DNA of 64,000 bases, from the NCBI GenBank assembly GCA_965208125.1, contig OZ242320.1, positions 3,584,001 through 3,648,000 on the forward strand. Direction: 5' to 3'. The number at the start of each line of letters is the position of its first letter. Positions within the stretch are counted from its first letter, which is position 1. The translations under genes were made by a program, and so were the position numbers. This DNA comes from Candidatus Latescibacterota bacterium. Its GTDB lineage: Bacteria; Latescibacterota; UBA2968. This document shows, piece after piece, positions 9,804-17,489 of this stretch. The notes under the pieces are model-generated. The model saw only the letters and a list, made by a program, of their open reading frames with translations. It was not told the DNA's origin and made no database searches.

Positions 9804-10616
9804 ATGCTCAAAATTGGAGAATTTTCCAGGCTTGTCAATGTGCCGGTTAAAACGTTGCGCTACTACGATGAGATCGGGTTGTTCAAATCCGATTGTATCG
9901 ATGAGCAAACCGGCTACCGCTTTTACTCATTCGAGCAACTCCCGCGGCTCAATCGCCTGCTGGCGCTCAAAGACCTGGGTATGTCGCTGAGCCAGATTGA
10001 TCAAATGCTGCAAGAAGACCTTTCGGCTGATCAACTTCGCGGTATGCTCTTGCTGAAACAGGTCGAACTCAAAGACCTCGCCGAAGATATCCGGGAACGC
10101 ATTGCCCGCGTGGGTGCTCGATTAAGTCTTATCGAAACGGAGGATAAAATGCCAGATTATGAAGTTGTCATCAAAACAGTGGAGCCGATCCTGGTCGCTT
10201 CCAAACAGGAGGCCATTCCCAACGTTGAAACCATCGGTTCTGTGATGGATCGCCTGTACAATGCGGTTGTCGGTCACATTGTGAAACACAAGGGACAGTT
10301 TGCAGGACCGGGCCTGACCTTGTGGCACGAATGGGGCGAAAATTTGCAAGCCGAGGCGACTTTGCCGATTAAAAAATCCATCCCAGAAGGTGATGGCGTC
10401 AAGGTCCAAGAGTTGCCAAGTGATCAAATGGCATGCCTGGTGCATCACGGAGGTTTTGAGGCGGTTCCGCGGGCCTATCAAGCGATCATTCAATGGATTG
10501 AGGCCAATGGCTATGAGATCACCGGGCCGAATCGGCAAGTGCATTTGCAATTTAGTCCCGATGGCGATCCGAAGGATTATGTGACGGAAATACAGTTCCC
10601 TATTGCAAAAGTATGA
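9804..10616 (+). CDS. MerR family regulator with GyrI-like effector domain (BmrR/BltR-type)
   Basis: LKIGEFSRL..V.VKTLRYYDEIGL..GYRFY HTH; C-terminal GyrI-like domain ending TEIQFPI. Confidence 0.92.
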   Translation: MLKIGEFSRLVNVPVKTLRYYDEIGLFKSDCIDEQTGYRFYSFEQLPRLNRLLALKDLGMSLSQIDQMLQEDLSADQLRGMLLLKQVELKDLAEDIRERIARVGARLSLIETEDKMPDYEVVIKTVEPILVASKQEAIPNVETIGSVMDRLYNAVVGHIVKHKGQFAGPGLTLWHEWGENLQAEATLPIKKSIPEGDGVKVQELPSDQMACLVHHGGFEAVPRAYQAIIQWIEANGYEITGPNRQVHLQFSPDGDPKDYVTEIQFPIAKV

Positions 10617-10755
10617 GCAGGGGCGGGTTGAACAGCTATCGCAGTTGTACGTCGCTCAAAACCCGCCCGTACATCAGCGTCCGACAAGAGAAATACCGGG
10701 ATGGTTTTGTGTCCCGGTATTTTTTGTAGGGGTGGGTTTTAAACCCGCCCGTATA
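10617..10755. repeat. REP-like palindromes
   Basis: GCAGGGGCGGGTT...AAAACCCGCCCGTAC and GTAGGGGTGGGTTTTAAACCCGCCCGTAT between convergent genes. Confidence 0.65.
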
Positions 10756-11476
10756 TGAAGTCCGATTTGAATTTTTCGATGCAGTCGTGGCGGGTGCCTT
10801 CAAAGAGGTAGATTTTGCCGCGTATAGTCGCGGTTTCTCCGGGCGCGAGGGCACCTGCGCGAATTGATTGGTGCATGCAGCGCCAGGGGTTGTGACCCTG
10901 AACGGAGAGATAGTCTGCCCAGGCTATGCCCGCCACCCATGTGCGATCTGTGGATTCGCGCATCAGAATGCCGCCTGTGGCATTGATGGGCGATGTGGGC
11001 CATTTGTCGGACCAGACGGTTTCGGTATCTATTGCGTTGCGAAATGTGTAGTTGTAGTGAATGTCGCGGTGGATGAGGGGGACCAGACCCTCTTCGGCGA
11101 GGAAATAGGTACGCTCGTGGTCGTCGTCAAAAAATGCCCGGGTTTCGGAGACTTCGGGCTGTTTGCCGGGGTTAAAGCAGGGGATGATGGCGGCAATTTC
11201 GGGCCAGGTGCGGTCGGTTTTGTTGGTGATAGAGAGCAGTAGATCCGCCCCATTTTCACGCCCCGTGACATTGAGACGCAGACCGAGGTCGGGGTGTTCG
11301 AGGACACCCGCATTGTCGTCCAGTGTTTTTTGCGGCACATGTACGCCACCCGTGTGCTGGCCCGGGTGTACGGCTTCAAACATGTTCCACTCGTAGAACC
11401 AGAGGTACATGGTTAAATCATTTCGTCCCTCGGGCGCGAATGAAAATCCGCGTCGCCATTTATTTAATGTGATCAT
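10739..11476 (-). CDS. Hypothetical protein
   Basis: 245-aa ORF filling the gap between neighbouring genes; no recognised motif. Confidence 0.7.
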   Translation of the reverse strand: MITLNKWRRGFSFAPEGRNDLTMYLWFYEWNMFEAVHPGQHTGGVHVPQKTLDDNAGVLEHPDLGLRLNVTGRENGADLLLSITNKTDRTWPEIAAIIPCFNPGKQPEVSETRAFFDDDHERTYFLAEEGLVPLIHRDIHYNYTFRNAIDTETVWSDKWPTSPINATGGILMRESTDRTWVAGIAWADYLSVQGHNPWRCMHQSIRAGALAPGETATIRGKIYLFEGTRHDCIEKFKSDFIYGRV

Positions 11477-11481
11477 TTTTT

Positions 11482-11680
11482 AGTAGTCAGTTTTCAGTAG
11501 TCAGTAGTCAGTTGGCCCACTCAACCGCCCAACCTACCAGCCCCCAGTCCCTTGCCTTTCATCCTGCCTATTTACCTATCTGCAACTTTTCCAACCGACA
11601 CAGCTTATTTTTTGCTCCAATTCTCTGCCCTACGGGTTTTATCCTGCTCATCCTTTCATCCTGCCTATCCTGATTCAGAC
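11482..11680. repeat. Short tandem repeats (AGTAGTC heptamers; ATCCT(G/T) units)
   Basis: agtagtc agttttc agtagtc agtagtc at 11482-11509; atcctgctc atcctttc atcctgcct atcctg at 11641-11672. Confidence 0.6.
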
Positions 11681-12445
11681 GATATTTTTTGCCATGCCAT
11701 TGGGCATGAAGATTTCGTGGCGTTTGGGGTCGGAGTAGCCTTCGATTTCCATGTGGGTGACGCCGGGGCTTTCGATAGCGGCTTTGACTATGTGTTTGTT
11801 AAATGTGCTAACAATTTCGCTTGAGAGATACTCCGGGACGGGCAACCAGAGGCATTCTTCGATTTCTTCAGCTTGGATAGAAATATCTTCGCTCAAGGGC
11901 GAGAGGCGGCAGACAAAGTAGATGTCCGATTTGTCATAGCGATAGCCGTGCCAGTGCCGGAAACAGACCAGTTTTTCAAATTTTGTGCGTACGCCTGTTT
12001 CTTCGAAGACTTCGCGTTGTACGCAGGTGGCAATGTGTTCGCCCGGGTGCAAAGCACCTCCGGGGAGTTTGTAATAGGGCGATTCAGAGCGGCGGTGCAA
12101 TTCGCTGACGACCAGGAGTTCTGCGCGCTCGTTGATGACGACTCCACCAGCGCCGATGTAATGCGTGGCGTATTCGGGTATGAGGGCGTTGGGTTCGAGG
12201 CGTTTGGTGAGCAAGAGGTAGTCTGTTCCCGAGTGGTGAAATGTAAATCCCGCTTGTGTTGCCACTGGAATGAGCGCGGCCCGTTCAATGGGGATGTTGA
12301 TCCAGACGACCTTAAATGCCTCGCGGTTCCATTCCCTGAGAGACGCGGAGAGGCGCGTGCGAAATTCCTCGGGATCGTGCGGCAGTGCTGCTGGGTCCAG
12401 TTCAATGCCCTGAAAGCGGTTTGGCGTGGCTTCGAGTATTTGCAT
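11675..12445 (-). CDS. Nudix hydrolase with N-terminal pre-Nudix domain (NUDT6/plant NUDX-like)
   Basis: Nudix box PGG...GE......REVFEETG; VW..IP..GF.FHH N-domain; KSDIYFVC.L. Confidence 0.88.
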   Translation of the reverse strand: MQILEATPNRFQGIELDPAALPHDPEEFRTRLSASLREWNREAFKVVWINIPIERAALIPVATQAGFTFHHSGTDYLLLTKRLEPNALIPEYATHYIGAGGVVINERAELLVVSELHRRSESPYYKLPGGALHPGEHIATCVQREVFEETGVRTKFEKLVCFRHWHGYRYDKSDIYFVCRLSPLSEDISIQAEEIEECLWLPVPEYLSSEIVSTFNKHIVKAAIESPGVTHMEIEGYSDPKRHEIFMPNGMAKNIV

Positions 12446-12639
12446 GGATTACCTCGTTCATAGGATGGTGGTGAACCGACACATGGTACGGAACATCACA
12501 AAATCGGGCAAGGGGTTTGCGGTGGGCAGTTCTACTTGACAGCGGTTATGGGGACAATCATATTGAATAAAATCAAAAAATGATGTGCGAGGTTGAAACA
12601 GTTGATGGGTTGGAGGCGTTAAATTGAGGGAGGGGTAAC

Positions 12640-13836
12640 ATGGTATCTATTTTTGAACAGTTGGGCGTACGCACCATTATCAATGCTGCCGGGCCAGTTA
12701 CGCGTTTGAGCGGGGCACGCATGGATGAGGATGTGATCGATGCGATGCGCGAGGCATCGCAGGTGTGTGTGGATATAGCAGAGCTACAGGCAGGGGCAGG
12801 GAAGTTGATTGCCGAGGTGACTGGTGCCGAAGCCGGATATGTGACATCGGGTGCGGCGGCAGGGCTGGTGCTTGCAACGGCGGCGTGTGTTACGGGTATG
12901 GATCCGGGAAAGATGAACCGATTGCCCGATACGTCGGGGATGAAAAATGAGGTGATTATGCCCCGGTCGCATCGCAATTTTTACGATCACGCGGTGCGTT
13001 CAGTGGGTGTGACGCTCATTGAGGTGGGCATTCCCGACCGATTTAGCGGCGCGGGAGTGCGCGATACAGAGGTCTGGGAAATTGCGGATGCAATAACCAA
13101 TCAGACCGCGGCGATTGTTTATGTAGCGCAGTCTTTTGCGCAGCCGCCTTTGCCACAGGTGACGGCTGTGGCGCACAAACGCGGCGTGCCCGTCGTTGTC
13201 GATGCTGCAGGGCAGTTGCCGCCAGCGGCAAATTTGAAGCGGTTTATCAGCGAGGGTGCCGATGCGGTTTGTTTTAGCGGCGGGAAAACCATTGGCGGGC
13301 CTCAAGGTGCAGGCATTTTGTGCGGGCGCCGGGATCTGATTTCCTCGGCGGCATTGCAGCATCTGGATCTGGATGTGTATTATGATTTGTGGGCCCCACC
13401 CCCTGAATTGATCGATAAATCCGCGCTGCCGGGGGCGCCGCAACATGGGATTGGGCGACCGTGCAAGGTGGGGAAAGAGCAGATTGCGGGACTGATGGTT
13501 GCACTGCAAAAATTTGTCGCAGAAAGCGATGAGGCGCGGCAGGCCCGCTGGTCTCGGTGCCTCCAGGATTTGGCAGACGCGATGGGTGATTTGCCGGGGT
13601 GCGATATTAGCATGGATGCCTACCGCACAATACCCATTTTGCGGCTCGCTCTTTCTCCGGCGGAAAGAGGCGTGGAGGTGGCGCAGCAGTTAATGGAAGG
13701 TGATCCGAGTATTCATGTTAGTACATCGGGTGTTTACGATGGCGTGTTGATTTTTAATCCCATGTGTTTGTCAGAAGATATGATCAAACCGATTGCCAGT
13801 CGGTTAAAAGCGTTAATTACGAGTTGTGGTTCATAA
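12640..13836 (+). CDS. SelA-like PLP-dependent enzyme (DgaE-type)
   Basis: IINAAG..T.L.G, VTSGAAA, VDAA, FSGGK (PLP lysine), GIGR..KVGKE. Confidence 0.82.
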   Translation: MVSIFEQLGVRTIINAAGPVTRLSGARMDEDVIDAMREASQVCVDIAELQAGAGKLIAEVTGAEAGYVTSGAAAGLVLATAACVTGMDPGKMNRLPDTSGMKNEVIMPRSHRNFYDHAVRSVGVTLIEVGIPDRFSGAGVRDTEVWEIADAITNQTAAIVYVAQSFAQPPLPQVTAVAHKRGVPVVVDAAGQLPPAANLKRFISEGADAVCFSGGKTIGGPQGAGILCGRRDLISSAALQHLDLDVYYDLWAPPPELIDKSALPGAPQHGIGRPCKVGKEQIAGLMVALQKFVAESDEARQARWSRCLQDLADAMGDLPGCDISMDAYRTIPILRLALSPAERGVEVAQQLMEGDPSIHVSTSGVYDGVLIFNPMCLSEDMIKPIASRLKALITSCGS

Positions 13837-13904
13837 GTTTCCCAACCATTGTACGCAGGCTTTGCCTGAGCACTAATTCCCCCATTTTACAAAGGAGGCG
13901 TGCC

Positions 13905-14585
13905 ATGGGTGTTATCACTATTTCAAGGGAATACGGCAGTGATGGACGTACTGTTGCCCGGAAGGTCGCCGAGACACTGTCTTATCACAATATAGACAAA
14001 GATTTGCTCGTTGAGGTGGCACAAAAAGCCCAGGTGCCCGTGTCAGAAGTTGAACGCTATGACGAGTTGCCCGAACATCCCGCTCTGAGAATTTTGCGAA
14101 AATTTCTCACGCCTGGATACGCTGATACCTTGACGGGGTTGTCGGAATACGAGTGGTGGGCAGCGGCGACTGTGCCCGAGTTGTCCGACCACAGGGATCA
14201 GGCACTGATAACCATGGATGAAGAGGTGTACGCGAAGTTGACCGCAGAGGTGGAGATGCAGATGGCCGATCAGGGCGATGTGGTTATACTGGGCAGAGGT
14301 GGGCAGGCTGTGTTGAAAGACCGCGAAGATACGTTGCATGTGCGCGTAGTGGCGACGCAAAATTTTAAGCTGGATGTGGTAAAAGAGCGCGATCAATTGA
14401 CTAACGACGAGGATGCAATAAGGCGAATGAGAGGCGTGGATGAGCGCCGCAGGACGTACATCAAACGCCATTATAAGGTGAATTGGGATAATCCACATCT
14501 ATACTCTGTCATAGTGAATACCGGCTTTCTGGGCGTTGACGGAGCCGTAGATGCGATTGTTTGTGCTGCCCATAAGGTGTTGTGA
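13905..14585 (+). CDS. Cytidylate kinase-like family protein
   Basis: VITISREYGSDG, VILGRGG, D..R..Y...W....LY; SD AAGGAGG before ATG 13905. Confidence 0.85.
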   Translation: MGVITISREYGSDGRTVARKVAETLSYHNIDKDLLVEVAQKAQVPVSEVERYDELPEHPALRILRKFLTPGYADTLTGLSEYEWWAAATVPELSDHRDQALITMDEEVYAKLTAEVEMQMADQGDVVILGRGGQAVLKDREDTLHVRVVATQNFKLDVVKERDQLTNDEDAIRRMRGVDERRRTYIKRHYKVNWDNPHLYSVIVNTGFLGVDGAVDAIVCAAHKVL

Positions 14586-14590
14586 CGCTA

Positions 14591-16003
14591 TCAAAGTCCC
14601 ATTTCTATATACGCCCGTGCGATTTTTTCTATGGCGATGACAAAAGCAGCAGTGCGTAAATCCGGCACATTGTCGCGCGAATTGCGGATTTCACTCATGG
14701 TTTGATAGGCAATGCTCATGGTGTCTTCAAGGCCAGAGCGCACGAGGTCCAGTTCATCTGAGCCGTAAGAGAGTCTTGCTTTGAGGTGGTCTGGAACGGG
14801 TTTGCCAACCATTTCTTCCAGGGCGGTGATGATTTGTGCGCCGCGATGTGCTTCGTGGCGTCTGTCCAGGCGTCCGAAGCGGATGTGTGAGAGGTTCTTG
14901 ATCCATTCAAAATAAGAAACCGTGACGCCGCCCGCATTGAGGTAGGCGTCGGGTATGATGGTTTTGCCGGCCTCGCGCAATATGTGGTCTGCCCTGTAAG
15001 TGACGGGACCATTGGCCGCTTCTGCTATTACTGGCGCTTTGATGCGTCTGGCATTTTCAAGTGTGATCTGACCTTCAACAGCGGCTGGTATGAGCACGTC
15101 ACATTCTGCTTCGAGCAGGCTTTTGCCATTTGCGACATACGTGGCTCCTGGAAAGTGTTTTAATGAACCGCATTCCGCGCGGTAAGCAGCGACTTCTTCA
15201 ATAGAGAATCCCTTCTCCGACAGGATTACCCCTTCGCGTTCAATAATGCCGATGATGCGCGCGCCACCTTCTTCTTCGAGAAATTTGGTCGCGTGAAAGC
15301 CCACGTTGCCCAATCCCTGTACGATTATGCGTTTGCCTTCCAAATTGCCTTTCAAGCCCGCATTTTTGACGTCTTCTGCGTTATTAAAAAATTCTTTGAT
15401 GCCGTAAAATACCCCGCGTCCGGTTGCTTCGACGCGCCCCTGAATACCGCCCTGAGAAAAGGGTTTGCCCGTTGTGCAGGCAATGGCGTTGATGTCTTCC
15501 GGGTGCAGGCTGCGATATGTGTCTGCGATCCAGGCCATTTCTCGTTCTCCAGTTCCCATGTCGGGTGCTGGGACGTTGAGGGCTGGATTGATATATCCCT
15601 TTTTGATCAATTCCTGTGCAAAACGTCGGGTAATGAGTTCGAGTTCCTGGTCGTCGTATTCTCGGGGATCAATGCACAGGCCCCCTTTGGCACCCCCAAA
15701 GGGCACATCCACGATCGCGCATTTGTACGTCATGAGTGCGGCGAGTGCTTCTACGTCATCTTGACTGACTGTAGGCGCGTAACGGATGCCTCCTTTGACG
15801 GGCAAGCGATGCTCGCTGTGAACAGAGCGCCATCCCGTGAAGATGCGATAGCTGTCGCGGAGTTTGACAAAGAAGCGCACCATGTAAATGTTGTTGTTGA
15901 TTTTGATCTGGTCGGCGAGTCCAGGGGGCAAATCGAGTGTTGCCACTGCGCGGTCAAACATGAGGTCAACGCTTTCTTTGAAGCTGGGTTCATGTGAGGC
16001 CAT
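14591..16003 (-). CDS. gdhA: Glutamate dehydrogenase (Glu/Leu/Phe/Val dehydrogenase)
   Basis: KGGIRY, VPFGGAKGG, PAPD, GR.EATG, GLGNVG, EAANGP, NAGGVTVSYFEW. Confidence 0.9.
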   Translation of the reverse strand: MASHEPSFKESVDLMFDRAVATLDLPPGLADQIKINNNIYMVRFFVKLRDSYRIFTGWRSVHSEHRLPVKGGIRYAPTVSQDDVEALAALMTYKCAIVDVPFGGAKGGLCIDPREYDDQELELITRRFAQELIKKGYINPALNVPAPDMGTGEREMAWIADTYRSLHPEDINAIACTTGKPFSQGGIQGRVEATGRGVFYGIKEFFNNAEDVKNAGLKGNLEGKRIIVQGLGNVGFHATKFLEEEGGARIIGIIEREGVILSEKGFSIEEVAAYRAECGSLKHFPGATYVANGKSLLEAECDVLIPAAVEGQITLENARRIKAPVIAEAANGPVTYRADHILREAGKTIIPDAYLNAGGVTVSYFEWIKNLSHIRFGRLDRRHEAHRGAQIITALEEMVGKPVPDHLKARLSYGSDELDLVRSGLEDTMSIAYQTMSEIRNSRDNVPDLRTAAFVIAIEKIARAYIEMGL

Positions 16004-16020
16004 AAGTATTTCTCCTGAAG

Positions 16021-16087
16021 GTGAAATGTGAGACGAAAGACGTGAGACCAGGCATCCCCTCTTACCTCTTTCGTCTCACCTCTTACC
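16021..16087. repeat. Inverted heptamer arrays
   Basis: gtgaaat gtgagac gaaagac gtgagac facing tcttacc tctttcg tctcacc tcttacc. Confidence 0.55.
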
Positions 16088-16981
16088 CGCTTTCAACAGA
16101 TAGCGCAGAGCAGGCTCAAGGTGGGGATGGGCAAAGGAGAAGCTGGTGTTTTCGAGGCGTGAGGAGATAACGCGGGTGCTTGCGATCAGGAGGGCATCGG
16201 CCATTTCGCCCAGCGCGAGTTTGGCTGCAAAGGCGGGTAGCGGGAAAATTGTGGGGCGAGATAAGACGCGACCGAGGGTTTTGGTAAATTCGCGATTGGT
16301 GACAGGTGTTGGGGATACGGCGTTGATTGCGCCGCTGATGGATTCGTGATCTATTGCAAAGAGGAATAGAGATACCAGGTCGTCAAGGGTGATCCAACTC
16401 ATGTACTGGTTGCCCGATCCGATGATGCCGCCCAATCCCAATTTGAAGGGCAAGAGCATTTTAGAGAGTGCGCCACCTTCGGGGGATAGGACAATGCCAA
16501 TGCGCGGGTGAACGGTTCGTATGCTGGCTGCTGTGGCGGATTTGGCGGCGTTTTCCCAGGCGATGGATACGTCCGGGAGAAAGCCTTCTCCCGGTTGGCT
16601 GTCTTCGGTGAGGATTTCGTCGTGGCGATTGCCGTAATAACCGATGGCAGAAGCGGAAATGAAGACTTTTGGCGGCGGAGATATAGATGCGAGTGTTTGG
16701 GCGAGCAATGTGGTGCCCTGTACGCGGCTGTCGCGGATGCGTGCCTTTTGCGCCGCGCTCCAGCGTCGGGAGGCGATGTTTTCTCCTGCGAGGTGTATGA
16801 CCCCATCTATGTTGGTGAGGCGCGAGGGATCGAGGGTATTAGAAGATGGGTCCCAGGTGATTTCATCGTCGTTGTGGGTATTGCGTCGGGTGAGAGACAA
16901 GACGCGGTCACCGCGCTCTCTCAGTGCGGTTTTGAGTGCTGAGCCGATGAGGCCAGAAGCACCGGATATCAGAATTTTCAT
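16076..16981 (-). CDS. TIGR01777 family NAD-dependent epimerase/oxidoreductase
   Basis: ILISGASGLIG, HLAGENI...RW, SASAIGYYG, G.G.Q.MSWI. Confidence 0.9.
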   Translation of the reverse strand: MKILISGASGLIGSALKTALRERGDRVLSLTRRNTHNDDEITWDPSSNTLDPSRLTNIDGVIHLAGENIASRRWSAAQKARIRDSRVQGTTLLAQTLASISPPPKVFISASAIGYYGNRHDEILTEDSQPGEGFLPDVSIAWENAAKSATAASIRTVHPRIGIVLSPEGGALSKMLLPFKLGLGGIIGSGNQYMSWITLDDLVSLFLFAIDHESISGAINAVSPTPVTNREFTKTLGRVLSRPTIFPLPAFAAKLALGEMADALLIASTRVISSRLENTSFSFAHPHLEPALRYLLKAGKR

Positions 16982-16994
16982 GATTTTCAACTTT

Positions 16995-17064
16995 CGGGAC
17001 GGCACAGGGGCCGTCCCCTACGGTGATATTGTGGTTTGTAGGGGCGACCCCCTGTGGTCGCCCG
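16995..17064. repeat. Pair of GTAG-type REP elements in opposite orientation
   Basis: Minus strand GTAGGGGACGGCCCCTGTGCCGTCCCG (16995-17021) and plus strand GTAGGGGCGACCCCCTGTGGTCGCCCG (17038-17064). Confidence 0.75.
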
Positions 17065-17068
17065 CTGA

Positions 17069-17482
17069 TTACTGTTTATAGAGCATCAGGTAGATGATGA
17101 CGCCGGTAATTGAGACAAATATCCAACTGGGCCAAACCCACCGGGCCAGGCGGCGGTGGCGATCAAATTCGCCTTTGTAGGCTCGCCAGACAAGCGCAAT
17201 GATAAAAGGCACGTTGACAGCGGCGAGGATGATGTGCGGGATGAGTATGGCAAAGTAGATCGGGCGCGTCCAATCGCGGTGAGGATAGGGCACAGAGCCG
17301 ACCTGACTGTGATAGATGAGGTACGAGATTAGAAAGAGAGCCGATAAGATCAACGCTGTGGCCATGCATTTCTGGTGTGTTTTGATGTCGCCGCGTTTGA
17401 TATAGATGAATCCCAACAGAAGAAATATGGTGCAAAGTCCGTTGAGAAAGGCGTTTGTCGCGGGCAAGTCTGTGATGGACAT
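17069..17482 (-). CDS. DUF420 family membrane protein
   Basis: LP..NA.LN, H...M..A, FL..YL.YH, HR.LAR...P.W.FVS.TGV..Y. Confidence 0.88.
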   Translation of the reverse strand: MSITDLPATNAFLNGLCTIFLLLGFIYIKRGDIKTHQKCMATALILSALFLISYLIYHSQVGSVPYPHRDWTRPIYFAILIPHIILAAVNVPFIIALVWRAYKGEFDRHRRLARWVWPSWIFVSITGVIIYLMLYKQ

Positions 17483-17489
17483 ATTTGGT

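Noticed and set aside
12640-13836. True selenocysteine synthase SelA
   Set aside because: Lacks the SelA N-terminal domain, has FSGGK rather than FSGDK, and no selB/selC/selD is nearby
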